Part shown: piece after piece, positions 10,241 to 19,904 of the stretch
Numbering within the stretch: position 1 is the first letter of the stretch
Layout of the letters: every line of letters starts with the position of its first letter
Assembly (NCBI GenBank): GCA_039937835.1
Contig: JBDTFR010000105.1
Location: 28,036 to 92,035, forward strand
Direction: 5' to 3'
DNA length: 64,000 bases
DNA from: Bacteroidia bacterium
GTDB lineage: Bacteria > Bacteroidota > Bacteroidia > 2-12-FULL-35-15
Translations under genes and position numbers: made by a program
The notes under the pieces: generated by a model
The model's database searches: none
The model's input: the letters and a program-made list of their open reading frames with translations, nothing else
What the model was told of the DNA's origin: nothing

Positions 10241-12679
10241 TTAACGGATCAAATTGATCAGACCTTGTTTATTGATTACTTCACCGGTGGTGAGAACGCC
10301 TTTGATGTGATACACATAAGCACCCTTAGGTAATTCTTCACCACCATTTTGTCTTCTTCCATCCCACCCCAATTCAATGTTTTTTGAATTGAAAATTTGT
10401 TCGCCCCATCGATTAAAGATGTTACATTCAAAATTTTGGATGCCTTCTCCTCTCACATAAAAAATATCACTGATTCCATTACCATCAGGCGTAAATGCGG
10501 TTGGCACCCAAAAATTGGGAGCAATAACGGTAATTAATATAGTATCCTTATTTACACAACCAAAAATATCTGTTCCTGTTACAAAATAAGAGGTCGTTTT
10601 TTCTGGGTTAGCAACTGGATTGTATATGCCCGCATTGTTAAGCCCTGATTCAGGAAACCAATTGTATTGAATTGCTCCTTTGGCATTGAGCTGAATGCTG
10701 GAACCCTTTGTTATGGTATCATCCATACCTGCATTCACAAGCGGTAGCTGATGAACTATAATGGTAACTTCATCTGTAACTTGAGGACAGCCACTGCCCG
10801 TTACGGTTATCGTATAAGTGGTGGTGCTATCTGGTGTTGCAACAGGATTGGATAAGTTTTTATTGTTTAGGTGCTTTGCTGGACTCCAAGAATATCGTTG
10901 CCCTTTTACCAGTCCTGTTCCCAACTGAATACTGTCATGCCTACAAATTGCTTCATCTATTCCTGCATATGCTTTTAATGGAGCAAGCATGGTTACAAAA
11001 ACAGTATCGTTATTTTTACATCCCGTAGTCATATTGGTAACGGTTAACATATAAGGGGTAACTGAAGCAATGGGTGCAGCTGTTGGATTTGAAATAGACA
11101 GACTGCTAAGTGTAGCGCTGGCAAACCAGGAATACGTATTTCCAGGTTGTGGTAAGCCACCAAGTTTAACAGTTGTATTGGCGCAAATAATAGTATCGAA
11201 GCCAGCAAAAGCTTTTGGAAGCGCATTAATTTGAATTGTTTTTACGGCACTGGTAACGCAGCCAAATTGATTAGTAACGGTGAGTGTAATTGTTTTGGTT
11301 CCACTTTGCTGATAGCTAATTCCCTGTGGTGTTTGAGCGGTAGAAATTTCAGGGATTGCATTTTTTCCAAAATCCCATGCATAAGAAACACCAGCAGTTG
11401 CGCTGGATGAGTTTATAAAATTAACCGACTCTTTTGCACACACGGGTGTATTAGAAGAGAAATCGGAAGTAGGAGAAGGGTTAATGGTAATGATGTTTGT
11501 AACCGTGTCTGATTTAGTTCCATTGGATACAATGTGTGTCACTAATTTTGCACCAGTAATGTTATACACGATTCCAGTAGGGTCAGATAACGTAGAAGTT
11601 GCTGGAGTTGCACCACGACCAAAGGTCCATGAATGAGTTATCCCAACTGTTCCAGAAGCAACACTGTAAAAATTTTCAAGTTGACCCAAACAACCTGGTT
11701 CAGAAGATGTAAAACGAGCATCCAAATGGTTGGTATTAATCGTATTGCTCCATTTTATAATTTGTCCCTCCGCACCCACTGCATAAGCGAGTTTGGCATT
11801 TACAAAATCAACGGACATGAATCGAGCTATACCAAAAATTAATTGCGACCAAGTATTCCCACCATCATTTGTACTTAAAATAATTCCATAACTTGAACTG
11901 GGATTGCCTCCCACTGTAAAACCATTATTATTATCTATAAAGTCAATCTTTCCGAGCCATTCTGAAGTACCACTAGGTGTTATATTCCAGGAAGCACCAG
12001 CATCCGTCGTTTTACTGATAACACCATCTCCTCCACAAAGAAACCCAGTGTTTAATGATGTAAATATAATTTTAGCATGGGATCCGCTATAACCGCCAAA
12101 TACAGATGTTGGCCAAGTTGCACCCCCATCAGTAGTTTTATATACTTGTCCGTCATAATCAGCAATGTAGCCAACGCTTGGAGTAGTAAAAAGTATAGAA
12201 TAAATTATATTCCCTGTAGTAATATTTAACTTTGTCCATGAAAAACCTCCATCAATGGTTTTATATACACTACCCGAAATGCCGCTTTGACCTCCTGTAA
12301 CATAACCTGTAGTCGCATCTTGAAACCAGCAGGATCTTAAATATTCAGGAGCTATTGACATTGGTATCCAGTTAATACCACCATCCGTGGTTCTAAGTGC
12401 AGCTCCATTGTCACCAACAGCGAATCCCCTATTTACATCAACAAAAAAAGTATAATACAGATTTTCGTTTGTACCTGTGATTTGTTTAATCCATGTAGAT
12501 CCACCATCAATGGTCTTTAGCATGGTACCGTTTGAACCACAGGCATACACAACCGTTGGAGTAAGAGCTGTTACACAAACCAAACCCTCGTTTGTGCCAC
12601 TTGTTAAATTCGTCCATGTTTGTGAAAAAGAAATAGTTTGTGAAAATAGATAGAGGACAATAAGTAGTGTTTTTTTCAT
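10241..12679 (-). CDS. T9SS type-B sorting-domain cargo protein: Ycf48/BNR-like beta-propeller, PKD-like domains and a gliding-motility-type C-terminal domain
   Basis: A signal peptide is followed by repeated xTxDGGxTW/SW motifs (TIDGGSTW, TTDGGINW, TIDGGFSW, TTDGGATW, TTDAGASW, TNDGGNTW) and then PKD-like Ig segments. The C-terminus reads FTPDGNGISDIFYVRG...IFNRWGEQIF...GWDGR...YVYHIKG (type-B CTD). Confidence 0.8.
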   Translation of the reverse strand: MKKTLLIVLYLFSQTISFSQTWTNLTSGTNEGLVCVTALTPTVVYACGSNGTMLKTIDGGSTWIKQITGTNENLYYTFFVDVNRGFAVGDNGAALRTTDGGINWIPMSIAPEYLRSCWFQDATTGYVTGGQSGISGSVYKTIDGGFSWTKLNITTGNIIYSILFTTPSVGYIADYDGQVYKTTDGGATWPTSVFGGYSGSHAKIIFTSLNTGFLCGGDGVISKTTDAGASWNITPSGTSEWLGKIDFIDNNNGFTVGGNPSSSYGIILSTNDGGNTWSQLIFGIARFMSVDFVNAKLAYAVGAEGQIIKWSNTINTNHLDARFTSSEPGCLGQLENFYSVASGTVGITHSWTFGRGATPATSTLSDPTGIVYNITGAKLVTHIVSNGTKSDTVTNIITINPSPTSDFSSNTPVCAKESVNFINSSSATAGVSYAWDFGKNAIPEISTAQTPQGISYQQSGTKTITLTVTNQFGCVTSAVKTIQINALPKAFAGFDTIICANTTVKLGGLPQPGNTYSWFASATLSSLSISNPTAAPIASVTPYMLTVTNMTTGCKNNDTVFVTMLAPLKAYAGIDEAICRHDSIQLGTGLVKGQRYSWSPAKHLNNKNLSNPVATPDSTTTYTITVTGSGCPQVTDEVTIIVHQLPLVNAGMDDTITKGSSIQLNAKGAIQYNWFPESGLNNAGIYNPVANPEKTTSYFVTGTDIFGCVNKDTILITVIAPNFWVPTAFTPDGNGISDIFYVRGEGIQNFECNIFNRWGEQIFNSKNIELGWDGRRQNGGEELPKGAYVYHIKGVLTTGEVINKQGLINLIR

Positions 12680-12797
12680 AGTTTTATATTGAATTGTGAA
12701 TCAAAAGCAGTTATAGTAATATAATTATTACCCGAGCTAAAAAAAAGATATTGTCCTCCTTTGAAATAGGTTTACCATAGAAATCGCGTCACTTATT

Positions 12798-13607
12798 CTA
12801 TTTAATACTATCTTTTTTTATTCTCTCACGATATTTTTTTAAACTATCGGCGTTAATGTTAGAAAACATAAGTGTGTTCCAACCGGCAGAAGAAGGTGCT
12901 GTTGCTTTTGGAGTTGTTGTTTTTGGGGTAGTTTTAGACACTTCTTCTTTTGGAGGAGTTTTTTCAACTGGAGCAGTTTTGTCAGAATCGGTGATAGTTG
13001 GTGTCTCTATTTTAGTTACTGTATTTTTATTTTGATCTGGTGTACTAGTACTAACCGTTTTGTCTGTTTTCTTAGTTTCAGTTTTGGCATCAGCTTGTTT
13101 TTTAGATATTTTTTCTACTGAACTTGTGGTAACCTCTTTCTCTGTTTTTGAGCTTTTAGTTGTTACAATTGGCGTTTCTTCAATCGAATTAATGCTTTTA
13201 CCAGAAACAATAGAGTCGCTCCCTTCAGTTATTGTTTTCTCTAAAGCGTTATTTATACTATCAGTATTAACTACCACAGGTGTATTAAGAGCTGGTGAAG
13301 TAGTTGTGGGCGTATTTATTTTTTTACTTGGTAAGGGAGTTACTTTCTCACTTGACTTTGTAACAGTTGATTTACTAATTGATAACGTGAATGGAAATTG
13401 TATATATAAAAAATAACCACCAATAAGCGCGCCTATTAATATAACTACAATTACGCCCGCTTTCCAATTTAGAGAAGTTTTTTTAGGAGTAACTGTTAAT
13501 GCATTTTCTACCCTTATCCAATCAGCTGGTTCAACAATTGTTTTATAATTGCTTAATGCATCTTTTATGACATTATCTAACTCAGTAGTATGTAAATCAT
13601 TTTCCAT
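12798..13607 (-). CDS. Putative anti-sigma factor (single-pass membrane protein with a T/S/K/P-rich periplasmic tail)
   Basis: The start abuts the sigma-factor stop (13607/13608). A roughly 50-aa cytoplasmic N-terminus is followed by a TM helix (VIVVILIGALIGGYFLYI) and a low-complexity Thr/Lys/Pro-rich region. Confidence 0.5.
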   Translation of the reverse strand: MENDLHTTELDNVIKDALSNYKTIVEPADWIRVENALTVTPKKTSLNWKAGVIVVILIGALIGGYFLYIQFPFTLSISKSTVTKSSEKVTPLPSKKINTPTTTSPALNTPVVVNTDSINNALEKTITEGSDSIVSGKSINSIEETPIVTTKSSKTEKEVTTSSVEKISKKQADAKTETKKTDKTVSTSTPDQNKNTVTKIETPTITDSDKTAPVEKTPPKEEVSKTTPKTTTPKATAPSSAGWNTLMFSNINADSLKKYRERIKKDSIK

Positions 13608-14162
13608 CTACAGTTTTATTTGGAGCATTAGGTTTTTTCGGAGATTATATTTGGCTTTTGATAAATTCATTTTCGATGTTTCTTCACTTATATCTAGTAA
13701 TTGAGCAATTTTTTGATGTGAATAGGCGTCAATCATAAATAAATTATAAACAATGCGATATGCGGGTACTAACTCTTGCAACGCTTTTAGTACTTGTTCT
13801 TTTTGAATGGGTTTATTTAATTCTTTTTCATTTACAGTAAATTCAGCAATAGCATCTTTATTTTCATTAACGTAAATGGTGCTTACAATGGCGTAGTTTT
13901 GTTTATTCTTTTGCAGATGATTTATTGCTGTTTGCACTGTTTTTTGCTTTGCCCACTCTTCGAAAGACGTTTTTTCATTAAACTCTTTAATACTATTAAA
14001 AATAATTAAAAACGCTTCAAATAAAATATCTTTTGCCTCTTCTATGGTTTTAGAATAACGCAGACAGGTTACTAATACGCCATTATAAGCCAATTCATAT
14101 AGCTTTTTTTGGCTTAACAGTTCGTTTCGTATACAACCTTTAATAATACTTGCTTCAATCAT
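13608..14162 (-). CDS. RNA polymerase sigma-70 family (ECF-type) sigma factor
   Basis: The 184-aa protein has a region-2-like segment (ELAYNGVLVTCLRYSKTIEEAKDILFEAFLIIFNSIKEF) and a region-4 HTH (YSHQKIAQLLDISEETSKMNLSKAKYNLRKNL). Confidence 0.75.
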   Translation of the reverse strand: MIEASIIKGCIRNELLSQKKLYELAYNGVLVTCLRYSKTIEEAKDILFEAFLIIFNSIKEFNEKTSFEEWAKQKTVQTAINHLQKNKQNYAIVSTIYVNENKDAIAEFTVNEKELNKPIQKEQVLKALQELVPAYRIVYNLFMIDAYSHQKIAQLLDISEETSKMNLSKAKYNLRKNLMLQIKL

Positions 14163-14359
14163 AAGTACATAGTTTCTTATTAACTACGGTAGTTATATAC
14201 GACAAATATAACTAAAAGTTTATAAACACCGTATTCGTATTCTTTTTAAGGATACTCTGACTATCTAATTTAATGTACTAATGCGATTGTCTTTTAAGAG
14301 GGTAAAAATGAGGAACATTATTTCATTGGTGAAAGGAATATTTTTGTTAGATTCTCTCT

Positions 14360-17260
14360 TTAATGGTTATTGTCATTTTCATGAATTGCCAATTGAAGTA
14401 ACTGTGCTAAGTGTATCCCTTTGCGATCTGTTTGCTGATCAATTTGTTCTCGGCAACTAAATCCGTCGGCAACTACCAAGGTTGCTTTTTCTGTATTTCG
14501 CACTGCAGGCAATAACACTCGCTCACCAGCTTTAATAGAAATATCATAATGCTGTCCTTTTTCATAGCCAAAGCAACCCGCCATTCCGCAACAACCGGAG
14601 TCTAACAATTGATAATCCAGTGCCATCTTTTTAAAGATTTTTTTCTCAGCATCCATTTTCATAATAGCTTTATGATGACAGTGACCATGCACAACCGCTT
14701 TTCGCTTTAATTCAGGGATTTTAAAATCGACCGCTTTCTTTTCTAGAAACTCTGCAAGTGTATATACGTTGGCCTTTAAGCGTTTTGCCTGATGATTGTC
14801 TGGAAACAGATTGCATAATTCATCTCTAGATACAGCTACACAACTAGGTTCTAATCCAACAATGGGAGTACCTTGCTCTATTTCATCTTTCAGTGAGTGC
14901 ATAATCTGAAGTAACATTTTTTTCGCTCTGTCAAGCATTCCAAAATCGTATAAAGGTCTTCCGCAACATAGCGGTGTTTTTGGTGTTATAACTTTATAAC
15001 CTGCGGCTTCTAGCACTTCTACACCTGCCACAAGAGTTTCGGGCAAAAAGAAATTGTTAAAGGTGTCTGCCCACAAAATTACTATTGGTAGATCATTCTT
15101 TTTTTCGTCCCGTTGAAAGAACCAAGTTTTAAAACTTTGCTTTGCAAATTTTGGCATGGTTCGCTGAGGCGCTACACCAGCAATTGCTTTTACAATATTA
15201 GAAATTACAGGAGCGCGCATAAAGAAGTTAGCGATACTCGGCATAACGGAAGCCATGCGCGACCACCAATAAATCCAACCAAAAACATAAGCGGTTCGTG
15301 GTCTTAGCTTTCCTTTATAATAATGAGATAGAAATTCGGATTTGTAGGTAGCCATATCTACGTTTACAGGGCAATCACCTTTACAACCTTTGCAAGCCAA
15401 ACAAAGATCAAGTGATTCTTTTACATCCTTTTTTTTCCAACCGCTTTTTGTAACATCACCTTGCAGCATCTCAAAGAGCATACGAGCGCGTCCTCTGGTA
15501 CTATGTTTTTCTTTGCGCGTCACCATATAACTGGGGCACATCGTTCCTTCTTCATGGCGTCGGCAATTGCCTACGCCTACACATCTTATGGTAGCACGTG
15601 AAAAACTATGTTCATCATCTGGGAACTTAAAATGAGTATCTATATGAGGTGGATTATATGTATTGTTTAAACGAAGATTGGATAATTGACCATAACTGTC
15701 TATTATTTTACCTGGATTCATTTTCCCTGTCGGATCCCAAATGCTTTTAAATTCTTTAAATGCTTGTATAAGCTCTTTGCCAAACATAATTTCTAGTAGC
15801 TCACCGCGCGATTGTCCATCGCCGTGTTCACCCGAAAGCGAACCACCAAATTTTACCACCAGATGCGCTGCTTCTACTGTAAATGCCTTATAATTCTGTA
15901 ATCCTCTTTTTGTAAAAAGGTCGAACTGTATGCGACAATGAATACATCCTTGACCAAAATGTCCATAAACAGAGGGATGATAGTTGTATTTATCAAATAA
16001 TTTCCGAAGCGCTCTTAAATAATCAGCTACATTTTTAGGCGCCACAGCGGAATCTTCCCATCCTGTAGCAGTCATTGGTTCATCTGGTACCCAAGCAGTA
16101 GCACCAAGTCCAGACTCTCTAATCTCCCAAAGCATTTTTTCCTGATCGGGATCATCAAATAAACTCATATCTGGTGAATTTTCCTCTTTTTTAAGTGCAG
16201 CCATTAATTCTTTTGCCTTCTGATCACTTTCATCTTTTGTAGCACCGCCAAACTCCACCAGCAACCATCCTTTTCCTTTCGGTAACAAAGGCAAGTCTTT
16301 TAAATTAAGTCCTTTTTTCTCCATGTATTCGATCAGAATATCGTCAATCCCTTCCAGACCTATAGGCTTGTATTTCAATACAGTCATCACATCTTCCGCA
16401 GCAGAATACACATCTTTATACCCAAATACAACGAGTGATTTTGCTTTGGGTGCCGACAATAAATTCACTGAAGCTTCCACTATCGTTACGCAGGAGCTTT
16501 CTGATCCAACAAGTGCACGAGCTACATTAAAACCATTTTCCGGCAGCAGTTGCGGCAAGTTGTATCCTGAAACACGACGAGGTATGTTTGGAAATTTTTC
16601 GCGAATAAGGTCACTGTATTCATCTCTTAACTCTCTGAGGTTTTTATAAATTTCCGCTTTGCGACCACCTTCTTTAATTATCTGGTGATACTCGTCATCA
16701 GCAGTAGGGCCTACTTTCATTTTAACGCCATCATAGGTAACAATCGTAAGTGATTCCGTGTTATCGGAGATACGCGCACCATTACCTTGAAACTGCGCCA
16801 TGACAGAATGTATGCCGCAAGAATTATTTCCCAACATACCACCAATACAGCAATGGCTGTGTGTTGCGGGGTCAGGACCGAATGTAAGACCTGCTTTTTT
16901 TTCGGTTGTATGACGCATTTCATCTAATACAATACCTGGTTGTACACTTACCAGTTTTTTTTCTTTATCTATATTCAAAATCTGGTTAAAATATTTTGAC
17001 ATATCAATGACAACCGCTACGTTACAACCCTGTCCTGCGAGGCTCGTGCCGCCACCACGAGACAAGATGGGTGCTCCATATTTTCTGCAGATAGCAATGG
17101 TGTTAATCACATCATGTTCTGACTTAGGGAGTACAACACCAATAGGGATCTGTCTGTAATTGGAGGCATCGGTAGAATATAACGCCTTTGCACCGCTATC
17201 AAACCTTACTTCACCATTAATATTTTTTTTTAATTCTTGTTCAAGGGCAGCTATATCCAC
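14360..17260 (-). CDS. FAD-binding and Fe-S oxidoreductase (GlcD-like FAD-linked oxidase fused to a GlcF-like 4Fe-4S/CCG domain; YdiJ-like)
   Basis: It has an FAD_binding_4 motif (PILSRGGGTSLAGQG), a ferredoxin-type cluster (CLACKGCKGDCPV) and two CCG cysteine clusters (PLCCGRPLYDFG and SGCCGMAGCFGYEKG). The called start is GTG at 17258-17260, immediately 3' of a C8 homopolymer on the coding strand. Confidence 0.85.
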   Translation of the reverse strand: MDIAALEQELKKNINGEVRFDSGAKALYSTDASNYRQIPIGVVLPKSEHDVINTIAICRKYGAPILSRGGGTSLAGQGCNVAVVIDMSKYFNQILNIDKEKKLVSVQPGIVLDEMRHTTEKKAGLTFGPDPATHSHCCIGGMLGNNSCGIHSVMAQFQGNGARISDNTESLTIVTYDGVKMKVGPTADDEYHQIIKEGGRKAEIYKNLRELRDEYSDLIREKFPNIPRRVSGYNLPQLLPENGFNVARALVGSESSCVTIVEASVNLLSAPKAKSLVVFGYKDVYSAAEDVMTVLKYKPIGLEGIDDILIEYMEKKGLNLKDLPLLPKGKGWLLVEFGGATKDESDQKAKELMAALKKEENSPDMSLFDDPDQEKMLWEIRESGLGATAWVPDEPMTATGWEDSAVAPKNVADYLRALRKLFDKYNYHPSVYGHFGQGCIHCRIQFDLFTKRGLQNYKAFTVEAAHLVVKFGGSLSGEHGDGQSRGELLEIMFGKELIQAFKEFKSIWDPTGKMNPGKIIDSYGQLSNLRLNNTYNPPHIDTHFKFPDDEHSFSRATIRCVGVGNCRRHEEGTMCPSYMVTRKEKHSTRGRARMLFEMLQGDVTKSGWKKKDVKESLDLCLACKGCKGDCPVNVDMATYKSEFLSHYYKGKLRPRTAYVFGWIYWWSRMASVMPSIANFFMRAPVISNIVKAIAGVAPQRTMPKFAKQSFKTWFFQRDEKKNDLPIVILWADTFNNFFLPETLVAGVEVLEAAGYKVITPKTPLCCGRPLYDFGMLDRAKKMLLQIMHSLKDEIEQGTPIVGLEPSCVAVSRDELCNLFPDNHQAKRLKANVYTLAEFLEKKAVDFKIPELKRKAVVHGHCHHKAIMKMDAEKKIFKKMALDYQLLDSGCCGMAGCFGYEKGQHYDISIKAGERVLLPAVRNTEKATLVVADGFSCREQIDQQTDRKGIHLAQLLQLAIHENDNNH

Positions 17261-17271
17261 ACCCGCCGATT

Positions 17272-17279
17272 GGGGGGGG
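17272..17279. repeat. G8/C8 homopolymer at the 5' end of the FAD/Fe-S oxidase gene
   Basis: The sequence reads tgGGGGGGGGt (8 G). The upstream 65-aa minus-strand ORF (17251..17448) is offset by one nucleotide from the oxidase ORF across this tract. A ninth C on the coding strand would fuse the two. Confidence 0.9.
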
Positions 17280-17454
17280 TAAAAATGGTTCCAATTTTAA
17301 TATTGGTATTGATATGTTCAATGATTTTTTTATCATCAATTACCTTTTTTTCTTTTGTATGTTCAGAGATCATTTTTTTAAAATTTAATTTTATATTTTT
17401 CAGTACCATTGTGTTTAAACGCCAAACGTAATCCTGTGCAGCTGTCATCCAGTT

Positions 17455-17964
17455 TTAAATAAACATTTTTTGTGTAATAAATCCATCAAACAATAATTCT
17501 TCAATTCTTGCTTGGTCAAAAAAATATTCGGCGATATAAAAGGAGGAAATAGCTAACGACGCGTGTAAATTTTTCGAAGGTGCACAATGTGACCAAATTG
17601 AAAGTTGCATGACCACACACAAATGACCGACTTTCAAAAAATTAGATATGGCTTCACATCGGGTGCAATCGGCTAGTAAAATACCTGCCTCATCCGCGCT
17701 CAACATGTTTTCATAATAAGGAAGGTTGTAACCGTATTCGCTCGCTGCAATGTTTATTTGTGAAGATACGCGGTCACGTATAAAATTTAATCCTTTTAAG
17801 TTAAAAGAGGCAACAGGTTCTTCAAACCAGTTAATATTAAAATCAGAAAATTCTTTTGCTTTTGAAAATGCCTGCTTAATTGTAGCACCGTTAATATCAT
17901 TTATTCCATCATCTGAAAATTCAAAAATAGGTCTTACACCCCATTCTGAGACGCCCTTGATTAT
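17455..17964 (-). pseudogene. 5'-truncated fragment of a mandelate racemase / muconate lactonizing enzyme (enolase superfamily) gene, C-terminal ~170 aa only
   Basis: An open minus-strand frame runs from the TAA at 17965-17967 down to 17455 with no ATG until 17706. Its translation reads ...NINWFEEPVASFNLKGLNFIRDRVSSQINIAASEYGYNLPYYENMLSADEAGILLADCTRCEAISNFLKVGHLCVVMQLSIWSHC... This matches the MR/MLE C-terminal barrel (the FEEP motif, then IAA[SG]E, then the GG-like turn and a His region). The N-terminal capping domain and the first barrel strands are absent. The upstream 536 bp carry stops in all frames. Confidence 0.55.
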
Positions 17965-18506
17965 ATAATCACTTACATGCGTATCTTAGATAGTTTAAGT
18001 TTATATTTTAGATTGAAATCCAAATTAATGAAGTGTCTCAAATTTCAGTTCCGCTTCTCTAAAAAGTAGAAAATTTATTTAATTTAGATTGTCTTATTTG
18101 CGTCAATTAATATGCTATAAAAATAAGCTCCTAACAATTTCAACACATTTAAAATCTTAATATCCATTTGGTATTTAAAATATAAAAATTCTCTTGTAGC
18201 CATAGCATTATTTGCATTCTGGATTTTTTTGCTGAATATGTTACGATAGAAATAGTGTGAGTAAAAGATGTTTTAATTTGATGTAAGCTGAGGATACAAA
18301 ACTAAAAACAAGCCTTTGAAATGTCCACTTTTATTGCTGGAATAACTAATGATAATCGTATGTTAAAAAATCACAATATAAGACGTCAGCGAAATTTTAT
18401 AAAAGGTGTTGGTAAAAATCGGGAAATAAAATATACATAAGGGGGTAAATTAATTATCTAAAAGTTGTTTTGATTCAAGAAAATTAAACGCCTTACCATA
18501 ATACAT

Positions 18507-19904
18507 TTATTGTTGTTTGCTATTTTTTAAAAAATCAACTATAGCATCTAATTCCTTGCTACTAAGAATGCCACCGTATGCAGGCATATCACTTCCTCCA
18601 TTTACTATTCTTAATTTTATATCGCTTTCTGAAAGCCGAAGTGAAAGCTTAGTAAGATCAGGTCCTTTTAATCCGCCCTGTTCGCCTATTCTATGGCAAT
18701 AAAGACAACCCTTTTTATAAAATAAATGAGCTCCTTCAATTACGGAAGGATTGCTCGAATTTATTGTAGATTTAGATAACGGTTTAACGTCGAAATGAGG
18801 AGACCATGCAGATTTTTCACCCAATAGGAACAATGTAAAAATAAAAATAAACACGCAAGCTGAACCAAAAACTGCCCAAGGTCTTCTGATGGGGCTTCGT
18901 TCTCCTTTATTTGAAAGAAATGGTAATGATAATAAAATAAGTATAGTAAAAATTGGACCTATAAAAATTACAACTGATTCTATTTTTGGTGGCATTAATG
19001 CAAACAATGAAAAGATAGAAAGCATATACCAATCGGGAGAAGGATTCGTATAAATAAAAGAAGGATCAGGAGGATGCGTTAATTCTGGCGGACCGAAAAC
19101 GAATGCAAAAAAAACAATAACAATAATTGTAGCTGCACCAAATAAAATATCTCGCCAAGCGGCATAGGGCCAAAACGGCACTCCATTTTTTTTTAACATA
19201 TCCTTATACCATTGTCTATATGTTTTAGGATCAACTGGGCGCCCAGCTTTTGCTGGTTCTGATATGCCGTTACGCACCACAAGCATTAAATGATATCCCA
19301 CAAATAGAAAAATAAAAGCTGGAATGATGAACACGTGATAGGAGTATAAGCGACTCAACGAATGCCCACCAATGGTATCTCCACCTAAAATCAGACGAGC
19401 AATAAATTTACCAATGAATGGAATTCGTCCCATTTGTTCCGCTGCAACGACCGCTGACCAAACACCGTTGGAATCCCACCGTAGTAATTGGCCGGTAAAA
19501 CCCATGGCAATTGTTAGAAACAAAAGTAGGACGCCACTAATCCATGACATTTCCCTGGGATATTTGTAAGCTGCCATTATATAAACGCGCATCATGTGAA
19601 TGCCCACCATAATGATCATTCCCGAAGCACCAAAATAGTGAATGCCTCTTAGCACATTGCCAAATTTAGCGGTGTGCGTTATAAATTGTAAAGAATGATA
19701 GGCCTCTGATGAAGAAGGTTGATAAAGAAGCGATAACGCTATGCCTGTAACAATTTGTAAAATTAGGCAAAATAAGGTAGCACTTCCGAAAACATAACTC
19801 CATTTGGAACCAGGAGGAACAGGGTGATTCATCAGCGGTTTAAAAATTTCTGAGAATCCACTCCGATCATCTATCCAATTCCATATTTTTTTTAGAATCT
19901 TCAT
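18507..19904 (-). CDS. Cytochrome b subunit of a Rieske/cytochrome b (bc-type) menaquinol:cytochrome c oxidoreductase, fused to a C-terminal mono-heme cytochrome c domain
   Basis: The heme-b ligand regions are RGIHYFGASGMIIMVGIHMMRVY, followed by a subunit-IV-like segment. The C-terminus carries the CxxCH motif (GCLYCHRIGEQGG) plus DMPAYGG. Confidence 0.85.
   Translation of the reverse strand: MKILKKIWNWIDDRSGFSEIFKPLMNHPVPPGSKWSYVFGSATLFCLILQIVTGIALSLLYQPSSSEAYHSLQFITHTAKFGNVLRGIHYFGASGMIIMVGIHMMRVYIMAAYKYPREMSWISGVLLLFLTIAMGFTGQLLRWDSNGVWSAVVAAEQMGRIPFIGKFIARLILGGDTIGGHSLSRLYSYHVFIIPAFIFLFVGYHLMLVVRNGISEPAKAGRPVDPKTYRQWYKDMLKKNGVPFWPYAAWRDILFGAATIIVIVFFAFVFGPPELTHPPDPSFIYTNPSPDWYMLSIFSLFALMPPKIESVVIFIGPIFTILILLSLPFLSNKGERSPIRRPWAVFGSACVFIFIFTLFLLGEKSAWSPHFDVKPLSKSTINSSNPSVIEGAHLFYKKGCLYCHRIGEQGGLKGPDLTKLSLRLSESDIKLRIVNGGSDMPAYGGILSSKELDAIVDFLKNSKQQ

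Noticed and set aside
17251-17448. Stand-alone 65-aa minus-strand ORF upstream of the FAD/Fe-S oxidase
   Set aside because: It is more parsimoniously a displaced 5' extension, or untranslated leader, of the oxidase gene separated by the C8 homopolymer. It has no independent RBS or domain signal, so it is reported as a finding rather than a gene.
17750-17968. 72-aa + strand ORF
   Set aside because: It is antisense to the MR/MLE fragment, whose translation has clear family motifs. It has no support of its own.
18040-18110. Short peptide ...YFYSILIDANKTI* on the minus strand upstream of the MR/MLE fragment, superficially like the 'vDaN' metal-binding motif
   Set aside because: The spacing to the FEEP motif (about 100 codons) is incompatible with the family, and the surrounding frames are full of stops. 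It is probably coincidence.
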